Positions 11,442 to 23,891 of a stretch of 58,096 nucleotides of DNA are shown here, piece after piece. The notes under the pieces were generated by a model that saw only the letters and a program-made list of their open reading frames with translations, ran no database searches and was not told the origin of the DNA. The translations under genes and the position numbers were made by a program. The stretch covers positions 1-58,096 of the forward strand of contig CAJFCJ010000069.1 in assembly GCA_904063045.1 (NCBI GenBank), read 5' to 3'. This stretch comes from Dimorphilus gyrociliatus (taxonomy: Eukaryota > Animalia > Annelida). Every line of letters begins with the position of its first letter. The stretch's first letter is position 1.

Positions 11442-12050
11442 AAAAATGTCCTATAACAAACTTGCATACATTCTAAGATCCTTATTTTTCGTTAGATTTT
11501 TGAAATGATAAAGATTTGAGAGTGCCTGTGTAGGCTAATAAAGTCAGCCAATTTCACTTATAAAGGCGACATTAAGATTGATCAACTAGACTAAAGAGAT
11601 TGACTTTGAAACATAAAGGAGACCGCGCGAACGCTGATCTCCCACTAACAAAAATTGTACAGTCGAGTCATCTCAATGTGAGATGATCGCAGACGTCAAC
11701 CAATCCGAAGTGCAATGGAAAGGCCTCAGTCTGAGGAAGCTACCTTGTCGATCGTAGCAATTCCTTCTGCCAGGTAAGTATGCTTTTCATTTGTTCATAT
11801 CATGCTCATATAGTTCAAAATTGTAAAGTTGTACAATCGTACCTCATTTGCATATTGAGTTCAGACAAGCACCTCCAAATAAACACAAAATAAATGGTCG
11901 ATTTAATTCTCGAAATAGAATAGGCGTGTCATTTTCCAGATCCTGAAAACAGTCTGTGAAATATTTAACTAAGTTGTCTACCTAATATTAATTTATTATA
12001 AAGGGAATTTATATGGATAATATGATTACACATGGACTCTTTTTTATTAA
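11442..12050 (-). repeat. Right arm of the 609-bp perfect inverted repeat containing U1 snRNA
   Basis: Exact reverse complement of 4731-5339. Confidence 0.95.
11617..11781 (-). ncRNA. U1: U1 spliceosomal snRNA (second, identical copy)
   Basis: Exact reverse complement of 5000-5164. Confidence 0.97.
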
Positions 12051-12826
12051 CAATGTGTTTGCTGGAAAACGAATGGACAGCTAAACATTATAGATAAAAG
12101 ATACAAATACATGTCTAACGATTCTCTTGCTCGACTTTCTATGTTTAGCACATGAATTATTACAAATAATTCTTTTTCGCTTTATTAATTCATGAATACA
12201 TTTACATCGAATAAGAATTGATAAAAAGAGTACAAAGGGTACAAGAATTGACGAAACATATAAGGCAAATCTTCCAGGTAGTAGATTATTACCAGAAGAA
12301 TAACACAGATATTTTCTCTCCACCGATTCGTTATCGAATGAGTGGCAAACTGATAACGTTTTGATGAGTAAACTGTACAAAAAGTGAATAGCTCGAATTT
12401 TGTTTTACTTATTCCTACAAATAGCTTCACAACAGCTAGAAATTTTTTTCAGAGATGAGTAAGAGGAAACTTTCCACGGGAAAATGTTGCTTAACGTTAT
12501 AACAGTATTGCAAATGATTGGTTTTGTTATAGGTAAAAAATAATTGCGAGCTTCCTTAACATAAACTAATGACAAACAACAATAGCCGAAGAGAGTAGAT
12601 CGATCAATGCGAGGGATTTAAGAAAAAATTCGTATTGACCTAATTTCCATACTTGTTTATGAAACTTTCTACTACAACTACCTTCATTAACAAAGATACA
12701 AAAAGGAGAATAGAGTGAAGAGTTTTCCTTTTCACGTAGACAACTGCCACTCTAAAGTTAAAATTCAACGAGTGGTATTTTAAATTCATCAATTTATTTT
12801 TAAGTTTCACACATTTTGAATGTAAT

Positions 12827-13114
12827 TTAAGACATATTGTCTTCAATCCATTGGCGGTAGAAAGAAACGCGGGCGTATCCGGCTGGTCGGTTTGGTGGGC
12901 AGAAAATGATACCGAATGACGTAACACCAGCAATTTGCATCGAGTTGTTAGGGCTAATAGGACAGTTGAGTGGACCACCAGAATCACCCTAAAAATAGAA
13001 ATCATTAAACAATCATCTAGTATCTGTATCGTTACTCAGATCTTACACTGCAAGAGTTTGTCGTTTGGGCATCGTTGTTCAAACAAATGTGGTAGTTATC
13101 ATTAGCTTTATGTA
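12827..13114 (-). pseudogene. Last two exons of a chymotrypsin-family (S1) serine protease; upstream exons not found
   Basis: Exon 13114-13047 (HKANDNYHICLNNDAQTTNSCS), a 58-nt phase-0 intron, then exon 12988-12827 GDSGGPLNCPISPNNSMQIAGVTSFGIIFCPPNRPAGYARVSFYRQWIEDNMS*. Not in the ORF track in this frame. Confidence 0.8.
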
Positions 13115-13884
13115 CTGCAAGAATCACATCTCATAATTGTATAATCACTATTCACATGTGATTTCGTTTTCAACGTTCTTTTAGAATATAGCAACCGTTT
13201 CATACGGTTACAACAGTAAATTATATCGTTTTGTGGTACGACCACAAAGAACAGATCTTCAACAATGATGACAGAAGTTTTTGTTAGACGTTAATTTATC
13301 CGTTTGTTGTTGATTGAATGCTGATTTATTTAATGCTAATCTTTCAAAAACGCAATTTAGTCAAAACTGGCAGCTCTTCTCCTGACATTGCTCATTATGA
13401 CGCATCTTTTTGGAAGTTTCTAATTTTAGGTAAGACTAGATCCCGAGCGGTAATAAAATTAAGTTTAACAACTTTTGGATAGAATAATTGAGTGAGACTT
13501 ATTGTAAATGTTCCAACAGATTGAAGTTGGGATTAGGTTTACTAAAGATGGTACTAATCACAATCTTGCATTTTTCGTTTGCATAACTAAAAACAAAACG
13601 TTATATTCCCTATATATTAGCTTTTCTGCATAGATATCTATGGCTTCATTCATAATTGAGCACTCTTTTTTACCTTTATACACATTTTTTCAATTTATTT
13701 GAGATAAAAATACTGAGGGAAATTGTTGAAATTTATAGAATTTATCATTCCTTTCTCCCATCATTGCATTTACACACTGAAAACTGAGGAAATGTTCGAG
13801 TATTCGTGTATTTTTGTAATATAAAGAAAAGAAATTGAGACAGAGAGAGAAACATTCATTGAAGAATTATTAGTCTCTATATGT

Positions 13885-16800
13885 TCATACTTGGCATTTT
13901 TTCTCTGATTTTTTACCAACATTCACTAATAATGTATGTCCAACAGCCGAATCGAGTGAATCTTCAAGTTCATTCGTAATATTCGAGGAAGTTAGAAGGC
14001 ACTCCTTCTCCTTGAAATTGTAGGAGAAAGATAGGCACATGTTTAATTTACATAAAATTAAACAAGATATAAAAGTCTGTTCCTTTTGCAGTTGCGACAG
14101 AATTAATGTACTTGATTTCAATTTCTTTTCTTTTGTTATTTTTAACCACGAAATTTCTCTTAAGGCTGTTTTAAAGAAAAAAATCTTAGATATTGACATA
14201 ATTATGTTCTCAAATTAACCTAATCCTAACCCTAAAACCTTAACCCTGCTAGTCCAGGTCATTGACTAACTTACAAAATGATTTCTTGGAAATAAAACAC
14301 TATTGTCCTGCATTTCTTTCTCTCAGTGTTTAAATTAGCTTACAATATAAATACACTTGTATGATTCATATAACAAGATAGTATTCGTTATATAATGGAC
14401 TCTATTGATTTTCCAGCAAAGTCAACATTGTAATGAGCTTTTGCGATTTGAAAAAATTTCCCTATTCCACTGAATATTAAGAAAGCGTCTACTTTCATCA
14501 TGCTTCACAAATATCTTGTTGATTCGCTGAATTACCTGATAATCTACCAAACGCTTTTACTTCACAAAAATGCAACTCATTTTTTCTTGAAAGATTTTTG
14601 ACGATTAACAGTTGATTTCCTTCTATGGGTTGGTGGCAATTGATCAGAATAAGAGATCTTATTGGTTCCACTTTATCAGTCAATCTCCCGCAAAATTGCC
14701 GATCGACTCCATTGTCAAATGCAACGTATATCGAAACATTATATAGCGAATCTGTTTTGAATTGAATGAGAGATGTTCATTGATTGAACTCAAAGCAAAT
14801 TATATCTCATTTACCAATATCTGTATCAAAAAGCGGATATAGGATAATTTGATTAACGTAATATCTGCTCTTAAATTTTATTGTGAGGATAATTTCACTC
14901 TCTGACGTTAGTTTTGAACATGAAGAATATCTTGGAATTTTCTTTAAATTATAAAAGTTTCCATCAATAACTTTTAGTGGAGAATTGTCGTAATCCCAAA
15001 AAGAATTGTTGTTTGCAAATGCTTCCTCCATTGGAATTTCTATGGAGGAAAAGTATTTGTTGTCGAAAGATAGTCCAATTATATACAGCTCGTATACTTC
15101 CACGTTTTGACTTAGAGAATATATCAATAGAAAACGGCCAATTTTGTTGGGAGAACATTTCCATACGAAAATACTACCAGATTTTGCTGAAAAGTTATCA
15201 AGATCTCCAGAAGAACATTCTGAAGCGTCTATTTTCACAAATTTGTTCACGTCTTCATTTATAGTTTCTAATATTTTAAAATTTAGAGTTGTATATCTCT
15301 GACTTTCTGTTTGATAATCGTTTGGAAAATGAATGGATTATCTTGATCAAATAGTTATCTTACTGTAAATGATATGCCTCAATTTTATTGCTGTGTAATC
15401 AACTCTAACTATCCTTAAAAGATCAACCAACAACCAAGCTTTTGGTTTACTGAGTGAGAAATGATGTTTGGTAAATCCATCTGTTGCAAAGGTTGCATAG
15501 AATGGCTCTTCAGCATGACCAGGTATGAATAGTGTCGAAGAGAACCAAGCCGGTTTTCCAAATGCATTATTTACAAAGTCTTTAAAACAATATAATAATT
15601 ACTAATTAAAAGGTGAAAACAACCTTTTTACCTGCTTTGTCAATTGTTAATCCTCTAATTTCAATTCTTGAAATAACTATGCTATTATGGTTGCTATAGT
15701 TACTGCTAATGATTACAAATTCACCAATTAGAGGATAGACACAGGAGAGACTTATATCGTCTTCAACCAAAATTTTTGATATTTTACAGCATTCTTCGCT
15801 CTTTAATAAAGTTTTATCTAATAGAAAATTTCTATTTGTCACAAATATTTGAAATTCTGTAGAAATAGAAATTCCATATAAATCTATTCCATAGATTAGA
15901 AATTTTCCTTTTAAAAACATGGCGTAGAAGAAATTGCCATTTTGTGCTGAGGTTGAAGAAGAAGTGTACTTTTTCGATAAATGCTTTTCCTGAAGAGGAT
16001 ATTCGGCATAGGCGTATGATCCGGATTTGACATTTGAAACGAAAACGTCGGCGTTCAGCGCTAAATTATCTGAATTTTTTTCACAGGATAATTTAAAACT
16101 GATGGAAAAAATTGAAAAAAAGAAAATTTTTACCACAATAAGCTTCAATTTCGCATATTGTTATATTAGATATTTCCGGAAGAGAAATATTGATAAAGCG
16201 GGCTAAATATATATCACTCTGGCACGTAAATTTGCTTGTCTTATTCATAGAATGTAACACTGCGTTTTCAATGCACACATCGCTAGAATCAGTCCAATTC
16301 GTGACGAATATACTCATTTTCTCATTATAGCCTATAAAACAATGTTTATTGGATGCACAATTTTAACCCACTTTGTTCCCAAATTTAATAATCATACCTG
16401 AAATGTTAGGTGGATACATAATTATTTCTCTTATAGTGTACATTTCAATTAGGTCAATCATTATCCAAAAATCGTCATTATCTCTTTCCAGTTTCGTACA
16501 ACCGCCTAATAAATCTTGACCATTTTTTATCCCATCAACTAAATGGCTGTCATGATAAATTTTATTTGGATAAGCTACTATTGCGTTATGTATTATTGCT
16601 TTATTTAGCGCAACATTATGCTTTCCAGCAGATTGAATACCGAGACAAAAGTTATTCTGCAAGTGTTCTTGAACAGATTTTGATACATTTAATCCGGAGA
16701 TTATCTCTCCATACTTATCTATTATTGATTTTATGGTATACATTGATTCTGAATTTTCCATATACATTTCATTCCATAGATGGTAATTTTTTTTGAACCA

Positions 16801-17622
16801 ATATTCTGTTGAATGACATTTTGAATATCTATTCCAAATGCCAGCAATACATATTTTACTGAAGTTTTTAAATTGGTTGTTCAAGCAAATATCTGATTCG
16901 AAATCACCTGGAAAATTATACTGGTTTTATTTATTTTCGTAGTATTTTGGTATAGAAATATAAAACGGATCAACATTTAATTTACAGAATAAATTTTTGA
17001 GTAAACGTTCCTTTAATACTTTGCAGATTGGCCAATTTTTAAAACTATTTATTACGTTTTGTAGAATACTAACGAATTTGAATGGTTGAAAAAATTTGAG
17101 AGTAATTTCCAGCCTCGAATATCTTTGGTTGGCAGATAGATTTTAGAGAGCAGGTCGATTTTGTTAAATTGTCTTTAGATTTTAAAGACATTACTTGACA
17201 AAGCGACTCTTTTTGCTTACACAAATTCCAACATAGAGAAAGTGCAGTTGAAATGTTCGTATTATCTATTTTAATACTATGTTCAGATACGTTATTCCGC
17301 TGACAATCAACATTTTCCAAGAAAACATAGTCGGAGACTTTTTATGAAAAAATAATATAAACTTACAAAAAAGTCAGACTGTTTTATTGTCAAATATAAT
17401 ACCTGTGTTACACAATAATCCGTCAAATATAGGGGGACACTGACAATTTCCTTTAATGCATTTACCATAGAAGTATAGACAGTCATGATGAGAAACACAA
17501 CTACCTAGAACTATAAAATTACATGAAAAAGGATAAAAAGCACGACTACAGAATTTCATACCTTTGAACTGTAAAGTATAATAAACACACGCAAAATAAA
17601 GGTAAACTGAGTATTTTATCAT
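13885..17622 (-). CDS. Secreted EGF + PAN + about 4 F-type-lectin (fucolectin/discoidin-like) domains + C-terminal PAN protein, paralog A; multi-exon
   Basis: Signal exon at 17622. EGF CVSHHDCLYFYGKCIKGNCQCPPIFDGLLC; PAN ALSLCWNLCKQKESLCQ; FTLD motifs HNVALNK..HLVDG..GGCT..WIMIDL, NLALN and WDYDNSPLKVIDG..SSC; terminal PAN SCLILCKLNMCLSFSYNFKEKECLL. Confidence 0.82.
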
Positions 17623-19317
17623 TTAAATGGCTATTTAAAAACTAAACTCTTGCTTTGAAAAAACATATTAAATTCTGAAATATGAATATAAAAATAAAGT
17701 TCTTTTTTATTGCCATTCAATTATTCATTATTTTTCCTCTTAATTAGTTTATTTTACAATCCATGAACACCATTGGTATTACTAAAAGGTTTATTTTTTG
17801 TAAGAAAGGTCATCTTAACATAGAATTTTCAATACTTTTATTAACGTTACTAAACTTGAATATTGAATTTCTCGCTTGCTGTAATTGCTACACGATTATT
17901 TATTAATGAAAAAAAAACGTTTGCGATATCTCTATTTTATACTATATCAGACCAGTAGATAAAAATCAATAAAATATCATACAAAGAAGCAACGTTCCTG
18001 CTTCATTAAAGGAAAGACAGAGAGTAGTCAGATGACCTGTTGCATTCATATTAAAAGATAATATATAATTAAAACATATTGTGAAAGTTCGTATCTGTAA
18101 TTGTTCTTTGACACTACAGCCTTTGAGATTCTATTGTTTCATCAACAACACAGCCAATCTTTGAGCTCAATTTACAATTACTTAGGTTCAGTACAGAAAA
18201 GTTTATGCAACTCTATATGCTGATTTAAGACGTGCAATTATTTTATTTACAATTCGAAAAGTTCTCCGGACGCTTAGGTTTATGTGCAAATAACGAAATC
18301 GGGAAGAAAATTTTGCTTGGAAGCCCAATAGCTCAAGATGTTTGTTGCATAGCAAGTTTCACCTAGGGCGACGTCCCCGCTAATCAGTCAGAAAATGTGG
18401 GAGATAGATAAGGTTCAGTGGAATACCAATACATGTTCACTTTGAAAGAAGATTAGTATCTAATGCGTTAGGGGTTGTGGTAAATGTTCAAATTTTTAGG
18501 ACGTTTTCTCACATACCTACAGCTAGCTATGATATACAGGGTTACCAAAAACCAATTATCACTTTTAATGAAATAAACAAGCTACAACGTGTATATTAAG
18601 ATAAAAGGATATTTGCGATGTATTTGACTAGCTTTAAAAGCAATGGGAAAATGTCTTGTAGATAAATGATTATCTCTTAAATCTTCTTGAAAACTTTTTG
18701 ACTTGTTACATAACTTCCCGATATAGGTCGTAATTAAAAAAAGGATATTTGTAGTAATAGGTGTCACCAATATTTAAATCTGGTTATCGTTGAAAACGCT
18801 CACTGAATTCTTGATTATTTAATTGCCCTTTGAGACTTTGACAGATATCCACAATAGTAGCATTAACACTTCATAGCCTTGAAAAAGTAACATGAATTCT
18901 TCTGGTACAAAACAGCCATTGTGAACTTTTATATTAAGAAGAGAACGAGAGTGAAGAAAAACATCCATTTAGTCTTCTATTGTATTTAATGAAATTGAAA
19001 GGCTTGCTAAAATTAGTTACATCTCATTGGTTAATTGTAGATGACAGTTTGTAAATATTGCTTTATTTCCACAATTTTTTTTACTTATACTTAAGAAAAG
19101 TTTAGGCAGACTACACACTTTTAAGAAAGAGAGTGGCGCCATCTTTTGGGTTTTTGTTATTTTACAAACAAAACAAATCGAGAAATACTGACACTAGAAG
19201 AAAGACAAACTATATTGTATCGAGTATTATAATGATAAAAGATTAATGAACGAGTTAATTAGTTAAGAGCATTTTTAATATTATTCTGGCTTAGCAATAT
19301 CACAAAACTAATGCGAC

Positions 19318-19611
19318 TTGAGAAATGGAGTAGTTGAAATTTGTAATGGTCTTCTCCAATCATTAAATACTCTAAAGCATCTTGATTTTTCTAATTGTAA
19401 TTTAACTGAAAGTCAAACTACACAGATTGAAAATGTGCTAAATCAATGCTTTAAAATTGAATTAATCAATTTAGACATTAATAAACTAATGGGAAATGGA
19501 CTTTGTGATGGGCTCATTCAATCCTCCGATAGTTTACAAACTCTTGATTTTAGCAATTACAATCTAACAGAAAATAATCAAAATTGGAATTATGCTGAAA
19601 AATTGTTCTAA
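19318..19611 (+). pseudogene. Fragment of an RI-type LRR gene (paralog of 20783-22711)
   Basis: ICNGLLQSLNTLKHLDFSNCNLTESQ..IENVLNQCFKIELINL matches the repeat unit of the neighbouring gene. Short, with no ATG start. Confidence 0.7.
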
Positions 19612-19729
19612 AATGGAATTTTTCAAATAAAAGAGAATGTAATATGGATCGTAAGTTTTTTCCCTTTATCCGCTTTATTTTTCTTCTTCTTTCAGACATA
19701 TTATTTATGATATCTTTTAAAAGAAATAT

Positions 19730-20010
19730 GCATATACTGCTAAATTGTATGATGATTTATTTAGTGGATATAATAAAGATATAATGTTTCCCGGATATGG
19801 TAATATTTCTTTGGGATTAAGTATCACTGACATTGTTGGCATTGAGGATGATTTAATTACTTTTAATGTTTGGCAGAAAATGGTATGTTTTCAACTAGTT
19901 CATATACTAGTTACGGAGAGATTATAAGTTACAGTGGTCCACACCACAATACGGCAATGCAACGACTTTACTTGTACCTATCGATAAAAATTGGATAATT
20001 GCAAATAGTT
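19730..20010 (+). pseudogene. N-terminal fragment of a Cys-loop ligand-gated ion channel (nAChR-like)
   Basis: AKLYDDLFSGYNKDIMFP..ISLGLSITDIVGIEDDLITFNVWQKM then gtatg, followed by DYKLQWSTPQYGNATTLLVPIDKNW. These match nAChR alpha1-helix, beta1-beta2 and DYKLxW..YGG..L.VP..IW. The intervening intron is only 28 nt and no Cys-loop follows. Confidence 0.65.
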
Positions 20011-20782
20011 TAAAGTTTCTTCTTTTGTATTTCCGAAATTGTTATTTAAAACAACGAAACGTATCAGTTACTTTTGTGTTTCTTCTTAAAATATCTAAAA
20101 TATCTTTAGTTGAGATGATTTTCTAAATTCTATAAAAGTCCAAAGTTCAGATTTTACGCTGTTTCATTTCTTTCTTTAAAATATATTGACCTGCATTCAC
20201 TTTATTGGAAGTAATAACTCAAAAAAGAAAAAATTTCCTCTTGCGTGCAGGATACAGTTTTACTGTAAATGAAAAAACTGCAAATATAGTTAAATGCAGA
20301 TTGAGTGTCAGAAACAAAGTATGAAGAGCCACTTGAAGGGATAATTCTTTCTCCGTTGGAAAAATGCGTCATATCTTTAAGAAATTTTTAACTATGCTAC
20401 AGTATGTTCAAGGAACATTTATTACAAGAGATATTTTGTCCAGGGGGGCATATAATTCAGCATTTAGTCCAGTAAAACAGTCCGCTATGATAAAACTGGT
20501 AAAATGGTATCTTGTTTCATTAGTTAAAAACTTCACCAGTGGGGCAACTTCTGTCACTCCTGTGGGCGACTTCTGCCTTAGTTCGGGCTTCTTCTATCAT
20601 ATTCTAAATAATGTACTATCTGTGATAGGCTACATGCCTATAAGCATACTTTGTGGATTATTATATTGGTATCGTAACAAATTATAGAAAGCTTGGGTTG
20701 TCCTATCCTATGTTTAAAAAAATAGTTGATTTAAGGTAAATCATGTGCTAAAAAATTAATAATCTCTCCTAATCATATTTTA

Positions 20783-22711
20783 TTAAAGTAAAATTTCAGT
20801 GATATTTGACAGATATCTTGACTGCTCATCATTTAAAGTTAGCATTCTAGCATTCATTTTTTTCAGAATTTTATATGTCAATTTCAAGCCATCACAAATT
20901 TCTTTAAATCCATTTTTCATGTTACCATTTCCATTTAAATTCAAATTCTGTAATGAAGAACAAAGGGAGAGTGCTTCTCCTAGAGGTTTTGCTTGTTCTT
21001 CATTCAAATTGCACCTATTGACAGAGATTGACTTTAAAGTGTAGGAAGATGTTTCGAATCCATTACAAATTGTTTTAAATCCATTTCCCATATTACTATT
21101 TTCAGTTAAATCAACATTTTCTAATGATGAACAAAACTCAAATGTTTCTCCAAGCCAGCCTGCTTGAATATTATTTAAATTACACCAACCAATATTAATT
21201 GTTTTAAAACTGTTTGAAGATGACTTTAATCCATCACAAATCATTTTAAATCCATTTCCCATATTCCTATTCTCATATAAATCAAGATTTTCTAAAAATG
21301 AACAATATTGAATTGCCTCGCCAAGATAACTTGTTTGCTCCTCATTCAAATCACACATTTTTACATTTATCGTTTTTAAACAGTTTGAAGACGTTTTCAA
21401 TCCTTTGCAAATTGATTTAAATCCAATTTCCATTGTCTTATTGAAATTTATATCCACATTTTCAAGAGAAGAGCATTGTTGAAACGATTCTCCTAGATAT
21501 TCTGCTTGAGTACTATTTAAACTGCATGAATTTAGTTTAATTGTTTTTAAAGTTATTTTAGAGGAGATAAGACCATAAGAAATGACTTTAAATCCAATAT
21601 TATCCATATTAGGGTTAGAAGATAAATCCACATATTCTAAGGAAGTGCACTGTCGAAACATTTCGCCAAGATAGCTGGCTTGTTGATCATTTAAGCCGCA
21701 CCGATTTAAGTAAATTGTTCTTAAAGATTCATAAGACGACTTGATTCCATTGCATATCATTTTGAATCCATTATCACCCATATTCCTATTTTGAGATAAA
21801 TCTATGCTTTCCAAGAAAGTACAATTTTGAAAGGTTTCGCCTAAATATTCTGATTGTTCTGGATTTAAATAATTACAACTTAGATTGATCACTCTTAAGG
21901 CTTTGGCAGAGGACTTTAATCCATTACAAATCATACTAAATCCATTACCGACATTAGTACTCAAAGATAAATGAACGTTTTCCAGTGATGAACACAATTT
22001 GAATGTTTCTCCGAGAAATTTTATCTGTCCATGATTAAAATTATTCAAGGTTATAATTACACTTTTTAAAGTAGTAGAAGATGATTTTAATCCAGTGCAG
22101 ATCATCTTAAATCCTTGTTCCATTTCACCATTCCCAGAAAGTATTAATGTTTCTAATGAATAGCAGTGCTGTAATGTTTTTCCTAGATATTTCATTTGAT
22201 TGTTATTAAGTGTACACCAGGCTAAATTAATTGTTTTTAACAACTTTGCAGCTGATTTTAGCCCATTGCACATCACTTCAAACCCATCTCCCATATTCCA
22301 ATTTCCAGACAAATCAACATTTTCCATTTGAGTACAATGCTTAAGTGCTTCTCCTAAATTTTTTGTCTGTTCAATACTTAAGTTACAATGACTCACATTG
22401 ATGCTTGTTAAAGTATTACAAAATTTCAGCAATCCATTACAAATCAGTTTAAATCCAACTCCCGTATCACAGTTTCTAGATAGATTGACATATTTCAATT
22501 GAGAGCAATATGTAAATGTATTTCCTATATATCTTGCCCTTTCATTGTTTAAATTACATTCCAGTATTTCAATTGTTTTTAAATTTTTACAAGATTTCAG
22601 TCTATCAAAAATCATTTGAAATCCAGAAGTTAAACTAGTATTTTCCAATAAAGAACAAATTTCAGTTCTTTTATTTAAACTGTCAATTTCATCATTCTGT
22701 TCGTCGCACAT
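20783..22711 (-). CDS. Intronless LRR-only protein with alternating 28/29-residue ribonuclease-inhibitor-type repeats (642 aa from ATG)
   Basis: Repeats such as LKTINLAWCTLNNNQMKYLGKTLQHCYS (28) / LETLILSGNGEMEQGFKMICTGLKSSSTT (29), about 21 repeats. First ATG at 22711. Confidence 0.9.
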   Translation of the reverse strand: MCDEQNDEIDSLNKRTEICSLLENTSLTSGFQMIFDRLKSCKNLKTIEILECNLNNERARYIGNTFTYCSQLKYVNLSRNCDTGVGFKLICNGLLKFCNTLTSINVSHCNLSIEQTKNLGEALKHCTQMENVDLSGNWNMGDGFEVMCNGLKSAAKLLKTINLAWCTLNNNQMKYLGKTLQHCYSLETLILSGNGEMEQGFKMICTGLKSSSTTLKSVIITLNNFNHGQIKFLGETFKLCSSLENVHLSLSTNVGNGFSMICNGLKSSAKALRVINLSCNYLNPEQSEYLGETFQNCTFLESIDLSQNRNMGDNGFKMICNGIKSSYESLRTIYLNRCGLNDQQASYLGEMFRQCTSLEYVDLSSNPNMDNIGFKVISYGLISSKITLKTIKLNSCSLNSTQAEYLGESFQQCSSLENVDINFNKTMEIGFKSICKGLKTSSNCLKTINVKMCDLNEEQTSYLGEAIQYCSFLENLDLYENRNMGNGFKMICDGLKSSSNSFKTINIGWCNLNNIQAGWLGETFEFCSSLENVDLTENSNMGNGFKTICNGFETSSYTLKSISVNRCNLNEEQAKPLGEALSLCSSLQNLNLNGNGNMKNGFKEICDGLKLTYKILKKMNARMLTLNDEQSRYLSNITEILL

Positions 22712-23891
22712 TTTTCGTGTGTACAGATATCTGTATAGATTTCTCAATACAATATGTTCTCCGTATCAGTTGGCTGACTCATTTATCAATATTACTCTAG
22801 TTGAGCAATGACTGGTTGAAGAGGAAATTATTAGCCAATCGTTTGGTATTATTTAGGCCTACTACAGAAAAGAATCTAAATGATATGTAGAGCTATGAAT
22901 ATATATGTTTGATTAGGTAGCCATAGTAACGACGTAGGCCTCTCTACAAAAATCAATTTACATAAATTTTTATAGTTGTATCCTAAATAGTAGTAATAGG
23001 ACGAATTGCCATTACTGGTGTGATTGTTTCATCGAAAAAAGTGAACCTTTATATGTTAATTTACAAGATGAGAATGAAATTATGACAGTTTGTGAAAGAG
23101 TCATTAACTGAAACACATCTGAAAAATAATATTTTTCACCTAAAAAGGAACAAACTGTGTTATGAGTGTCAGAACATCTGATAAAAATTCCACGACTACC
23201 AACATAATCAGACCAATTTATAAAAGAAAAAGCATGAGTTGTTGCAGTTGATGTCACACCAATTGCATCATTTTATCCCCTTGATAATATTTTATAATAT
23301 CTTCCATAACCTGTATATTATTTATTGCAAATTATATATCTTCATTAGTAAGGAGTATTCCGTGGAATACTTGATGCAGGACGTTCCTCAGCTGGGCTGG
23401 AAAACTCTCTCTCCTTAGATGTTTTATGTTATTGCACTGCAATTCTACAGAATACCACTATACAATTTCACTTTTTTATTTCATGCCATAAGTCCATCCC
23501 AATTCGACTTTGCTACAAAGATTTCACAAGCAAGGAAATGTCACTCAGACACAAATGATTAAAGCTTATATTGAAATATTTTTTGAAATTGATGATGTAA
23601 CACCACCTACTCAGCAGTTTAGAATGTTTTAAAAAGGAAGTGCTTTTCAATACACAAACAATTAATTTCACTGAAGTGATTATTGCGTCATGTAGTGTCT
23701 AAAGAAAAAATGGGACGTACCTGCAAATGTTATAAATGTTTCTTAGACAAAAAATTCTATATTTTCTTCACTTAGCTCTACAGAAGAACGGTTGGAGAGG
23801 CATTAATTCTATATACAAATACATTTATCAGTCATATTCAGATACGTCAATAAAATTGTATTGCTTTAATATACGAAACGGGCACAACATA

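Noticed and set aside
12081-12430. Two overlapping hydrophobic ORFs, possibly a GPCR piece
   Set aside because: No diagnostic TM motif; frameshifted and short.
12640-13005. 121-aa ORF in the track
   Set aside because: Wrong frame; the real coding frame here is the GDSGGP protease exon.
14215-14250. cctaatcctaaccctaaaaccttaaccct as a telomeric or MITE remnant
   Set aside because: Too short and degenerate; no TIR or TSD.
18300-18380. ENFAWKPNSSR..HSKFHLG, THAP-like
   Set aside because: Only a few residues match and the CxxHF motif is not intact.
19133-19145. TGGCGCCATCTT as a tRNA primer-binding site or YY1 site
   Set aside because: No LTR or retroelement ORF nearby; a single short motif.
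23012-23400. 81-aa ORF and small palindrome gagtattccgtggaatactt
   Set aside because: No family recognised; the hairpin is too short to call.
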